From Bacteroidota bacterium (GTDB lineage Bacteria; Bacteroidota; Bacteroidia; UKL13-3): a DNA stretch of 64,000 nt. The notes beneath the pieces are model-generated. The model had not been told where the DNA came from, did no database searches, and worked only from the letters and a program-made list of their open reading frames with translations. This document shows, piece by piece, positions 26,025 through 35,362 of the stretch (position 1 is its first letter; each line of letters opens with the position of its first letter). The position numbers and the translations under genes were made by a program. The stretch covers positions 142,050 to 206,049 of the forward strand of contig JAIXWD010000016.1 in assembly GCA_027482225.1 (NCBI GenBank), written 5' to 3'.

Positions 26025-28088
26025 ATGAAAATTAAGTTATTTATAGTAAGTTGTTTTTTTATCCAATTTGCCTGGTGTGGTGTAATTACTACAAGTATAA
26101 TATCACTTCCAACATTTGGTAATGTATACGTTTTAAATAGTAGTACATCTATTAGGTATACAGTTAGTGCAACTGCTTTAGCCGGTGGTTTAACCATAAC
26201 TGCACCTGCTGGTTTCGAAATATCAACGCAGTACTTGCAAGGTTACACTTCTGTAATTACTTTGTTACCTAATGCAGGAAGTATTCCAACAACTAATATT
26301 TATGCCAGATTTAGTCCTTCAATAATAGGGGCTATGTCTGATAATATCACACATGTTAATATTGGATCGCCTACACAAAATATTAGTGTGCAAGGAACAG
26401 GTATTGCTTGGGCTATTGCTGCTGGTTATTACAGCACGGTATCAACACAACGTAATGCCGCTTTAAAAACAATTTTATATAATAGAATACTTAACCATAC
26501 AAGTTTGAGTTATGCGAATGTTTGGAGTGCCTATTCAACCACAGACAGACAACCCAATGGAAAAGTATGGGATATATACAGTACACGCTTTGATACATCT
26601 TCACCATATGAATATAACATGGGTAGCGATCAATGTGGAACATATGCTACTGAAGGAGATTGTTATAACCGAGAACATTCTTTTCCGCAAAGCTGGTTTG
26701 CTTCAAATACTCCCATGCAAACAGATATTCATCATTTATTTGCTAGTGATGGAAAAGTAAATGGAATGAGGAATAATTATCCTTTTGGTAATGTTTCTGC
26801 TCCTACTTTCACATCTTTATATGGTGGCAAACTAGGCACAGGGACCAACTTCGGCTACACAGGAATTGTATTTGAACCTATTGATGAATACAAAGGAGAC
26901 ATCGCCCGTGCACAATTGTATATGGCTACCCGTTATGAAAATCTAATTGCAGGTTGGATTGGTAATGGCAATGCCAATGATGTATTAGCTGGCAATACTT
27001 TCCCAGCTTACGATGAATGGTTCATCAATTTATTAATCAGTTGGCATAATTTAGATCCTGTAAGTGACAAAGAGCGGAAAAGAAATGATGCTATAAATAC
27101 GATTCAGAACAATAGGAATCCCTTTATTGACAGTCCGCAATTTGTGCAACGTACTTGGGGTGGTGATATTCCTACAGAACCTACAGTGGGTGCCAGTAGT
27201 TTTCAATTAACAAACATAAATAACAATAGTGTTAAGTTAAATTGGGTTAGTGGAAACGGAAACAGAAGAATTGTATTGCTTAGAGCAGGAGCTCCTGTAA
27301 ATGTATTTCCTGCAGATACTTTTCACTATAGTGCAAATGCTAATTTAACTGCTGCACCACAAATTGGCTTGGGTAATTATTTAGTTTATAATGGTACAGG
27401 AAGCACGGTTACATTAACTAACATGCAGGCTGGTGTTAATTATCATTATGCTGTAATAGAATATAATGGATGGTACAGCGCAGCAAATTATAATACGGCT
27501 AATAAACTAACATCTAATGGAGTTACATTACCTGTAACTTGGTTAGGTTTTGATGGTATATATAAAAATAAATCAAACCAATTATTTTGGAGTACTGCAA
27601 GCGAAAAAAATAATAAGGCATTTGTAATTGAGCGCAGTATAGATAATAAAAATTTTGATGCCATTGGCATTGTAAATTGCGAAGGTAATAGCAATGTGGT
27701 TTCTAAATACCAATACACCGATAACCAATTGCCTGAAGCAACTGCATGGTACTACCGACTAAAACAAATAGACTTTGATGGTAAACACAATTACAGTAAA
27801 GTAATTAAAATTGAAGTTGCACAAGATGTGGTTGAATCGGGTTTTGAGGTAAGTCCAAATCCGTTTGTAAATTATATTCGTATCACCTATCAACTAAATC
27901 AGACTGAGTTTGTTTATTATGAATTAACGAACAGCGAGGGCCAATTAATTAAAAAAGGACATGAGAACGCAAATCAAAATAAAGGAGAGTTTGTTATTAA
28001 TTTGGATGAGTATATGGGTAATGGGCTTTATTTCTTGCAAATCAAACACAACAACCGAAACTACATCCACAAAATCATCAAACAATAG
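26025..28088 (+). CDS. Extracellular endonuclease I (EndA/Vvn family) with an FN3-like domain, a conserved pre-CTD domain and a T9SS CTD
   Basis: It carries the Endonuclease_1 motifs (NREHSFPQSWF, DIHHLF, FEPIDEYKGDIARAQLYMATRY). The C-terminus (NGLYFLQIKHNNRNYIHKIIKQ) is a Por secretion tail. Confidence 0.75.
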   Translation: MKIKLFIVSCFFIQFAWCGVITTSIISLPTFGNVYVLNSSTSIRYTVSATALAGGLTITAPAGFEISTQYLQGYTSVITLLPNAGSIPTTNIYARFSPSIIGAMSDNITHVNIGSPTQNISVQGTGIAWAIAAGYYSTVSTQRNAALKTILYNRILNHTSLSYANVWSAYSTTDRQPNGKVWDIYSTRFDTSSPYEYNMGSDQCGTYATEGDCYNREHSFPQSWFASNTPMQTDIHHLFASDGKVNGMRNNYPFGNVSAPTFTSLYGGKLGTGTNFGYTGIVFEPIDEYKGDIARAQLYMATRYENLIAGWIGNGNANDVLAGNTFPAYDEWFINLLISWHNLDPVSDKERKRNDAINTIQNNRNPFIDSPQFVQRTWGGDIPTEPTVGASSFQLTNINNNSVKLNWVSGNGNRRIVLLRAGAPVNVFPADTFHYSANANLTAAPQIGLGNYLVYNGTGSTVTLTNMQAGVNYHYAVIEYNGWYSAANYNTANKLTSNGVTLPVTWLGFDGIYKNKSNQLFWSTASEKNNKAFVIERSIDNKNFDAIGIVNCEGNSNVVSKYQYTDNQLPEATAWYYRLKQIDFDGKHNYSKVIKIEVAQDVVESGFEVSPNPFVNYIRITYQLNQTEFVYYELTNSEGQLIKKGHENANQNKGEFVINLDEYMGNGLYFLQIKHNNRNYIHKIIKQ

Positions 28089-28095
28089 CACCAAC

Positions 28096-28521
28096 ATGAG
28101 CGAATTTGAAATTGTAAAAAGCAACGAAGAATGGAAACAACTGTTATCTCCTGAGCAGTATGCCGTGCTTCGTGAAAAAGGTACCGAGCGTCCGTATACA
28201 GGTAAGTTTGAAGACCATTATGAAACAGGTATATACATTTGTGCAGGATGCGGTAACGAGCTCTTTAAATCGGATACTAAGTTTGATGCAGGTTGTGGTT
28301 GGCCTAGTTTTTATGAGGCATTAGATAAAACCAAGATTATTGAAAAGTTAGACAAAACTTATGGTATGACACGATTGGAAATATTGTGTGCGAAATGTGG
28401 CGGCCATTTAGGGCACGTTTTTAATGATGGCCCACAAGATAAAACAGGTTTACGTTACTGTGTAAATTCACTTTCGTTAGATTTTAAAAAACGAATCAAC
28501 GATTCAACCCAAACAAAATAA
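28096..28521 (+). CDS. msrB: Peptide-methionine (R)-S-oxide reductase MsrB
   Basis: It carries the MsrB motifs (CAGCGNELF, CGWPSF, RYCVNS). The start was chosen at MSEF just after the nuclease stop rather than at the overlapping upstream ORF start. Confidence 0.85.
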   Translation: MSEFEIVKSNEEWKQLLSPEQYAVLREKGTERPYTGKFEDHYETGIYICAGCGNELFKSDTKFDAGCGWPSFYEALDKTKIIEKLDKTYGMTRLEILCAKCGGHLGHVFNDGPQDKTGLRYCVNSLSLDFKKRINDSTQTK

Positions 28522-28525
28522 TATA

Positions 28526-28550
28526 AAGCTACCTCGGTAGCTTTTTTTAT
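28526..28550 (+). terminator. Rho-independent terminator (AAAGCTACCtcGGTAGCTTTTTTT) after msrB
   Basis: A GC-containing stem is followed by a run of seven T's. Confidence 0.6.
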
Positions 28551-28578
28551 GAAGTGTTTTTTAATTAGGTTTGAAACC

Positions 28579-29931
28579 ATGGATAAACGCAAAATACTTT
28601 TTTCCCTATTGGCTTTATTTTTTATTGATGGTGGTTTACATGTTATCAACTGGCTTGAAATAGCAACTTTGCCAAGTGAGTTGTTGCATATCATACGTTG
28701 GGTTTTTATTTTTTCATTGGGTTATTATGCATGGGTTAGTAAAGGCCTAACTATTTACATATTATTATGTATGTTTTTGGGTATTGAGGTAGCTGAATGG
28801 GCGCCCAATGTTGCTAAAGAGTTAAAAGTGTTTAGTGATATTTTCTTGAGGTTAATTAAAACTATTATTGCACCTTTACTATTTAGTACGCTTGTTGTTG
28901 GTATTGCTGGGCACAGTGATTTAAAACAAGTTGGGCGAATGGGTTTAAAATCTATCTTATATTTTGAGGTGGTTACCACTATTGCACTAATTATAGGTTT
29001 GTTTGCTATTAATATAACTCAGGCAGGAGTGGGTTCATCATTACAAGCTCAAACCGAGCAAGTAGATAAAGCCAATAAATTATTGGAACAAAAACATACG
29101 CACAATGTAATACTAGATATTTTTCCGGAGAACATTGCCAAAAGTGTTGCAGAAAATCAAATCTTACAAATTGTAGTGTTTAGTATTTTATTTGGTATTG
29201 CATTGGCACAATTAAAAGGCCAGCGTAAAGAGCAAATGGTTCATGCCATAGAAAGTTTAGCTGAGGTGATGTTTAAGTTTACCAATTTGGTTATGTATGT
29301 TGCACCTTTGGCTGTAGGTGGTGCTATAGGCTATGCCATTGCTACCATGGGTTATGGCGTATTACACGATTTATTAAAACTATTGGTTACCCTGTATGTG
29401 GCATTAATTGCTTTTGTTATTTTAGTTTTAATACCAATAGGTTTATTGGTTAAGCTTCCTTTTAAAAAGTTTCTCAATCATATTAGCGAGCCACTTTCTA
29501 TCGCATTTGCAACAGCCAGCTCTGAGGCTGCATTACCCAAAGCAATGGAGAATTTAGAGAAAATGGGTGTACCAAGAAAAGTAGTAGCTTTTGTATTGCC
29601 AACGGGTTTTAGTTTTAACTTGGATGGTACAACCTTATACCTTTCATTAGCCTCTGTTTTTGTAGCGCAAGTAAGTGGAGTTGATTTAACTATTGGACAA
29701 CAAATTTCTATGTGTTTGGTGTTGATGTTAACCAGCAAAGGTGTGGCAGGAGTTAGAGGTGCTTCGTTTTTAATATTGGTTAGTACAGTGGCCTCATTGG
29801 GTTTAGATCCTCAAAAAGCATTTGCTATTTTAGCTATTGATGCTTTTATGGATATGGGCAGAACTTCTGTTAATTTAATTGGAAACTGTTTAGCCACATA
29901 TGTTATTGCTAAATGGGAAGGAGAAGTTTAA
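28579..29931 (+). CDS. Dicarboxylate/amino acid:cation symporter (DAACS/GltP-DctA family) with an unusually long N-terminal extension
   Basis: It carries the family motifs (LPTGFSFNLDGTTLY, SSEAALP). The start was placed at MDKRK (28579), downstream of the msrB terminator. The exact start is uncertain. Confidence 0.7.
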   Translation: MDKRKILFSLLALFFIDGGLHVINWLEIATLPSELLHIIRWVFIFSLGYYAWVSKGLTIYILLCMFLGIEVAEWAPNVAKELKVFSDIFLRLIKTIIAPLLFSTLVVGIAGHSDLKQVGRMGLKSILYFEVVTTIALIIGLFAINITQAGVGSSLQAQTEQVDKANKLLEQKHTHNVILDIFPENIAKSVAENQILQIVVFSILFGIALAQLKGQRKEQMVHAIESLAEVMFKFTNLVMYVAPLAVGGAIGYAIATMGYGVLHDLLKLLVTLYVALIAFVILVLIPIGLLVKLPFKKFLNHISEPLSIAFATASSEAALPKAMENLEKMGVPRKVVAFVLPTGFSFNLDGTTLYLSLASVFVAQVSGVDLTIGQQISMCLVLMLTSKGVAGVRGASFLILVSTVASLGLDPQKAFAILAIDAFMDMGRTSVNLIGNCLATYVIAKWEGEV

Positions 29932-29953
29932 ATAAAGGTTAATCGCCAAAGTT

Positions 29954-30871
29954 TTATTCCATAAAAAAATGCTCGCCTTCGTTGGCAATAAAACTATTTG
30001 CAAATTGTGTACGTGTTTCGGCTAATAGTTCATCCAGCACATCATACCTAGAAGAAAAATGACCAATAATTAATTTGGCTACGTTTGCTTTTTGTGCAAC
30101 TGTACCTGCTTGCAAAGCTGTGCTGTGTTTAGTCTCTTCTGCACGGTTCAATTTATCATGTAAAAAAGTGGCTTCATGATATAACAAATTAACGTTTTTT
30201 ATAGCTTCAATTACACGTTCATCATATATGGTATCGCTGCAATAAGCATAACTAAATGGTTCGCCTTTATCAAGCGTTAATTCACTATTTGGTATAATTA
30301 TTTTTCCATCATCACTTACATAATCTTTGCCTCGTTTAATATCAGTGTACTTAGCAAAAGGGATGTTATTTTTTTTACAACTAAAAATATTTAGTTTCTT
30401 AAGTTTTGGTTGTTCTTCAAACAAAAAACCTGTAGTTGGTACTCTATGAAATAATGGAAATGATGAAACTTTTATTGTAGCATCTTCAAAAATTACTTCT
30501 TTTATATCTGGGTTGGTAATGTGTTTGATAATTTCAAAACGAAGTTCACTTTCAGTATTTTTATGAAATAAATCAATAATTTCAAACAAGGTATCTGGTC
30601 CATAAATATGCAGTGGTTCGGTACGTTGCATTAAATTCATACTAAATAATAAGCCCGGCAACCCTAACATATGATCAGCATGAATATGGCTAATAAAAAC
30701 ATGCTTAATTTTAGATTTTTTTATTTTATAACGCTGCATCTGCATTTGTGTTCCCTCGCCACAATCAATAAGAAGGTGGTGATCTAAAACCTGTAAATAC
30801 TGTGCAGATGGAAATCTGTTAAGGGTTGGCGTTGCAGAGCTATTTCCTAAAATTACTAATTCAAAACTCAT
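29954..30871 (-). CDS. rnz: Ribonuclease Z (tRNA 3' endonuclease)
   Basis: It has the metallo-beta-lactamase motif HIHADHMLGLPGLL and an RNase Z-like N-terminus. Confidence 0.8.
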   Translation of the reverse strand: MSFELVILGNSSATPTLNRFPSAQYLQVLDHHLLIDCGEGTQMQMQRYKIKKSKIKHVFISHIHADHMLGLPGLLFSMNLMQRTEPLHIYGPDTLFEIIDLFHKNTESELRFEIIKHITNPDIKEVIFEDATIKVSSFPLFHRVPTTGFLFEEQPKLKKLNIFSCKKNNIPFAKYTDIKRGKDYVSDDGKIIIPNSELTLDKGEPFSYAYCSDTIYDERVIEAIKNVNLLYHEATFLHDKLNRAEETKHSTALQAGTVAQKANVAKLIIGHFSSRYDVLDELLAETRTQFANSFIANEGEHFFME

Positions 30872-31257
30872 TTTGTATCTGTATCATCTTCCATGTTCAA
30901 AAATTGTTTTTCTAATTGGTCCATAAATACAAAATCAACAGCTTCCACATCAGTTGGTATAAAAGTAATATCAGCTTTAGCAAACAGTCTTGTAAACGTA
31001 TCTTCAGCTTCTGTAATAATTAACAAACCATCATTTTCTCTTAGTTCAACACCAAGGCTTATTAACTCCCTTGTGGCATCTGCATTGCACTCCTTAACAC
31101 CACCAATGTTTACAATTACATATTTACTACTACTAGCCACTTCATGTCTTACTTTTTTTATTAGCAAAGAGGCTGTGTTTTTATCAAGTGCTACAATATC
31201 TGTTTTAATTAATGAATATTGGTCGCTTTTTTCTATTGTGTAATTCATACTTCGCAA
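30868..31257 (-). CDS. STAS-domain (anti-sigma-factor-antagonist-like) protein
   Basis: 129 aa with a STAS-like pattern. There is a 4-bp overlap with the downstream rnz gene. Confidence 0.5.
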   Translation of the reverse strand: MRSMNYTIEKSDQYSLIKTDIVALDKNTASLLIKKVRHEVASSSKYVIVNIGGVKECNADATRELISLGVELRENDGLLIITEAEDTFTRLFAKADITFIPTDVEAVDFVFMDQLEKQFLNMEDDTDTK

Positions 31258-31327
31258 TTTATTGTGTAAATTTACGTTTCGGCAAGTAATTATTTATATA
31301 ATTTGCAGAAAAATTAATCGTCATTAA

Positions 31328-32092
31328 ATGAGTAGGAAAATAGCCTTAATTACAGGGTCATCAGCAGGTATAGGAGCGGCCACGGCAAAATTATTAGCAT
31401 CACAACAATATAATTTAATTTTAGCAGCTCGTAGAATTGATGCTTTAAAACAATTATCAACTGAATTAAATACCCAATTTGGGATTAATACTTTGGTTGT
31501 TCAACTTGATGTTAGAAATCGTAATGAAGTTGAAAAAACAATTTCTGAGCTTCCTTTAGAATGGAAGAAAATAAATGTTTTAATTAATAATGCTGGTTTA
31601 GCAAGTGGTTTGAGTAGTATTGATGAAGGTGATATTGATGATTGGGATGCTATGATTGATACCAATATTAAAGGACTTTTATACGTTACGCGAAATGTAA
31701 TTCCTCTTATGAAAAATAATGATTCCGGGCATATCATCAACATTGGCTCTATAGCAGGAAAAGAAGTTTATGCAAATGGAAACGTATACTGTGCAACTAA
31801 ACATGCTGTTGATGCATTAAATAAAGCCATGCGTTTAGAGTTATCTAAATTTCCTATTAAAGTAACTGCCATACATCCCGGTGCTGTTGAAACTGAATTT
31901 AGTGTGGTACGTTTTCATGGAGATAAGGAACGTGCAGCTAAAGTATATGAGGGTTTTGAAAACTTAGTAGCAGATGATATTGCTGACGCAATTTGGTATG
32001 CAATCAGTCGACCTGCTCATGTAAATATTAACGAACTTACCATTATGCCAACTGCACAACCTATGGCTGGTGTTATTCACCGTAAAAATTAA
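31328..32092 (+). CDS. SDR-family NADP-dependent oxidoreductase, YdfG-like
   Basis: It carries TGSSAGIG, NNAG and the YxxxK active site (YCATKHAV). Confidence 0.8.
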   Translation: MSRKIALITGSSAGIGAATAKLLASQQYNLILAARRIDALKQLSTELNTQFGINTLVVQLDVRNRNEVEKTISELPLEWKKINVLINNAGLASGLSSIDEGDIDDWDAMIDTNIKGLLYVTRNVIPLMKNNDSGHIINIGSIAGKEVYANGNVYCATKHAVDALNKAMRLELSKFPIKVTAIHPGAVETEFSVVRFHGDKERAAKVYEGFENLVADDIADAIWYAISRPAHVNINELTIMPTAQPMAGVIHRKN

Positions 32093-32099
32093 ATTGATT

Positions 32100-33377
32100 A
32101 TGTTAAGGGGTGTTCTATTTTTATTGTTAATTATATTTCAAGCTATGCGTTTATTTGCACAGCAAGAAAAAACTGTTGCATTAACAACGTATGCTCGTGA
32201 CGATAGGTTTGACCGACTAAATTTAAACTTGGCATTGTTTGAATTGGAAAATGATACGATACTAACTTGGGATTTTGAGGGGTTAAAAAAAGCAAAGGCA
32301 ATTCCCATTATAAAACCCGAAGGATTTAAAGCCTATGCATATGGGTTTGTTTTTTTTGCAGCTAATTGTCAGGGAAATAATACAGGTTTTATAACTGTGC
32401 TGTTGGGTAATCCTTATCATACAAAGCCCACATTATATGCCGATTTAAATAATAACAACAACTTTACAGATGATAATTATTCAGTAATACTTCCTTGGCG
32501 TGGTGATACTACTGAAATTGAAATGTGTATTTCGGGTACTAAATTATGTACTAAAATAAAGTTCACTAGGCATTTAATGGAGAATAAACAAATGTACAAG
32601 CAGTTGATGAATGAGTTTTATCAACTTACCTATCCCAATAGAAAGTTTATTGGCATGGATCACTGCTACCGGATACAGCAATATCAGATAAAATGTGGTT
32701 TAGCAATTGCAGGAGAAGATAGTATTAGGGTTGCTTTGTTTGACGGGAATAATAATGGTTTATACAATGAGCCAGATAGTGACAGGTTTATATTAGCTAA
32801 TTTAAGCGATACCGTTTTTTATCCCTTTGATGATTTATACAGCAGCACAATTAATAAAAAAAATGGTCATTGTTTTGTAGATAAAAATGGAAAGCAAATT
32901 GAATTTGTAAGGGCTTCACCATACGGTGAAAATTTGACCTTTAATGTTTTAGACCAAACCAATAATAGCGAACATATTAAAGTAGGTAAAAAATTACCTC
33001 GCTTTAAATACATAACTTGGAAGGGTGAACACCAAAAAATAAATAAGCTTAAAAAATACGAGCTGTATATTTATTTTGGAAGCCCTTTAGCTAATAACTT
33101 TTCCTCAGATACAGCAGCTTTGAGGCTTTTAGCTAGTAGATACTCAAAATCGTTAAGGGTAATTGGGTTTATAGAAGTAAACAAATCATACGAATTAAGC
33201 ATATTCGGGCAATACAGTTATTTGAATTGGATTCTTGCATACAAAAATAAAGACCTAAACCGTATGTTAGGTATTAGAGGGTTGCCAAGCAGTATTTATA
33301 CCCAAAAACGCAGACGTGTTATCAGATATAACTTAACACCAAATGAGCTTTTACAAGAGCTAAAATATAAAGAATAG
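32100..33377 (+). CDS. Secreted hypothetical protein with a C-terminal thioredoxin-fold-like region lacking the CxxC motif
   Basis: It has a signal peptide (MLRGVLFLLLIIFQAMRLFAQQ). The C-terminal ~110 aa follow a TlpA-like pattern without cysteines. The start was chosen after the upstream SDR gene stop. Confidence 0.45.
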   Translation: MLRGVLFLLLIIFQAMRLFAQQEKTVALTTYARDDRFDRLNLNLALFELENDTILTWDFEGLKKAKAIPIIKPEGFKAYAYGFVFFAANCQGNNTGFITVLLGNPYHTKPTLYADLNNNNNFTDDNYSVILPWRGDTTEIEMCISGTKLCTKIKFTRHLMENKQMYKQLMNEFYQLTYPNRKFIGMDHCYRIQQYQIKCGLAIAGEDSIRVALFDGNNNGLYNEPDSDRFILANLSDTVFYPFDDLYSSTINKKNGHCFVDKNGKQIEFVRASPYGENLTFNVLDQTNNSEHIKVGKKLPRFKYITWKGEHQKINKLKKYELYIYFGSPLANNFSSDTAALRLLASRYSKSLRVIGFIEVNKSYELSIFGQYSYLNWILAYKNKDLNRMLGIRGLPSSIYTQKRRRVIRYNLTPNELLQELKYKE

Positions 33378-33459
33378 AATCGAAATATGTTTCGCTCAAA
33401 GCACTATTAATATTATTTAAACAGAATTCCGATTGGTTTTGGCAGAAGGAGGATAGAAT

Positions 33460-34473
33460 TTATTTACTCCCCTTCAATTCTGTATCTCTTTTTTTATCTG
33501 TTTTGTTAGCACGCTTACTATTACCAAAAACACTTACAGTAAAATACCTACCTGGATATTTTTGCATATCAGCTAAAAGTAAAGTTAGCTCTCTACTGCT
33601 ACCACTAATGTTTTTATATAATGAATCATTGTTTGCCAATTGGCCTAAAGTGCCTTCTCCACGATTAATTTTATCTAGCATAACCCCCATTTCAAAAAGA
33701 GATTTATTTAGGTTATTAATCATACAGGTAACATCAGCAGCTGCAATACTATCTGTTATATTTTTTATATTTTTAATGGTGTGAGATAGAAGCTCATTAT
33801 TATTACGTAAGTTGCGCATAATACTTTCGGTATGTGAAAACATATCTCGTATTTTTAGTTCTTCCCCTTTGGTAAGGTTATCTAATCTACCAGTTATATT
33901 TTTTACGTGATTTAATGTGGTTGATAAATCATCAACACCTTTTGATAGTTTAGCAGTTCCAGTAGAGTCGAATACATCATTCATACTCAATAGCACTTTG
34001 TCTAAAGTAGCCAGTACTTGTTCGCTCTTTTCTTTTATTGGCGATACCATGTTACTTATTGATTCGGATAATCCTTCTTCAATTGAAGCATTAAGCGTAT
34101 CATTTGGTTGCACAATTTCTATTGACTGACCTAATTTTATGTTGATGATTTTAGTGCCTAATAAATCGCTACTAGCAATTTCGCCTACCGTACCTTTTGG
34201 CATCAAAATCTCTCCATCAACCATAATTGTAACTAGTATTTTAGAGGCATTTCCAGTTTCTAACAACCTTACATCCTCTACTTGGCCAATTTTAAAACCA
34301 TTTATAAGTACTTGGGTAGATTTAACTACACCACCAGCATTGCTGTATACAATATAATAACGAGAATATGGTTTAAGAAAGTTAAACCCTTTCATAAAGT
34401 TAAACCCTATAAAAAGTATAATTATGCCTAAAAAGGCGAATAATCCAACTTTGGCGTCTTTATTAATCTTCAA
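33460..34473 (-). CDS. MCE/MlaD-family protein
   Basis: It has an N-terminal transmembrane helix and an MCE domain (VYSNAGGVVKSTQVLINGFKIGQVEDV). Confidence 0.75.
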   Translation of the reverse strand: MKINKDAKVGLFAFLGIIILFIGFNFMKGFNFLKPYSRYYIVYSNAGGVVKSTQVLINGFKIGQVEDVRLLETGNASKILVTIMVDGEILMPKGTVGEIASSDLLGTKIINIKLGQSIEIVQPNDTLNASIEEGLSESISNMVSPIKEKSEQVLATLDKVLLSMNDVFDSTGTAKLSKGVDDLSTTLNHVKNITGRLDNLTKGEELKIRDMFSHTESIMRNLRNNNELLSHTIKNIKNITDSIAAADVTCMINNLNKSLFEMGVMLDKINRGEGTLGQLANNDSLYKNISGSSRELTLLLADMQKYPGRYFTVSVFGNSKRANKTDKKRDTELKGSK

Positions 34474-34540
34474 AATACTATTTAATAATTATCTGGACAA
34501 AAATATAAAAACTACTGGCAATACAAGTTAAAAAAGATAA

Positions 34541-35362
34541 CTAGTTTTCTTTTTCTAAAGATAACTTGTATTGTTTTACAGCTTCAGCTATTGCTTTTGC
34601 CAATTCATCTTGTCCTTTATTACTTGTAAGGTAGGCTCTTTCTTTAGGATTGCTAATAAAACCTGTTTCAATAAGTATACTTGGCATTTTACATTTCCAT
34701 AATACCATAAAACCTGCTTGTTTAACACCACGACTAACGCGTTTTACGTTGGTAAAGTTTTTTTCAACGTTAGCAGCAATCTTTAAACTTTGCTCTAAAT
34801 ATGCATTTTGTAAAAAGCTAAAATAAATATGCGCTTCTGGCGAGTTTGGGTCAAAACCTTCGTATTTTTCCTCATAATCTTTTTCCAATAAAATTACTGC
34901 ATTCTCACGTCTTGCTACATCTAAGTTGCCTTCACTTTTATGTAAACCCATGCTAAAAGTTTCGGTACCAAATACATCAGTTTTTTTGTTGGCATTGCAA
35001 TGTAGGCTTATAAATAAGTCGGCATTTTTCCTATTGGCAATACCTGCACGTTCGTATAGCTCAATAAATTCATCTTTATCCCTGGTATAAATAATATCCA
35101 CATCAGGCATACTTGCCTTAATAACATCGCCCAATTTTAGTGCAACAGCAAGGGCTATGTCTTTTTCATGTGTTCCACTGTAACTGGCTCCTACATCTTT
35201 ACCTCCGTGTCCAGCATCAATGGTTATCGTTTTAATTTTAGGCTGCTGCATTTGGTCTAATGGAGCATACGCACAAAGCATTATCAACAACAATAAACAA
35301 GATATTGTGAAAGGTAATTTTAATAAGTACTGAGTTTTATATAGTTTTGCGCGCATTGACAT
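34541..35362 (-). CDS. N-acetylmuramoyl-L-alanine amidase (Amidase_3 family)
   Basis: It carries TIDAGHGGKDVGA and an Amidase_3 pattern. Confidence 0.75.
   Translation of the reverse strand: MSMRAKLYKTQYLLKLPFTISCLLLLIMLCAYAPLDQMQQPKIKTITIDAGHGGKDVGASYSGTHEKDIALAVALKLGDVIKASMPDVDIIYTRDKDEFIELYERAGIANRKNADLFISLHCNANKKTDVFGTETFSMGLHKSEGNLDVARRENAVILLEKDYEEKYEGFDPNSPEAHIYFSFLQNAYLEQSLKIAANVEKNFTNVKRVSRGVKQAGFMVLWKCKMPSILIETGFISNPKERAYLTSNKGQDELAKAIAEAVKQYKLSLEKEN

Noticed and set aside
27961-28095. Long upstream extension of msrB overlapping the nuclease gene
   Set aside because: It overlaps the 3' end of the well-supported nuclease CDS in another frame. The conserved MsrB sequence begins at MSEF (28096), directly after the nuclease stop.
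28549-28578. Earlier start (MKCFLIRFET) for the DAACS transporter
   Set aside because: It would overlap the msrB rho-independent terminator hairpin and T-run. MDKRK at 28579 is the first start beyond it.
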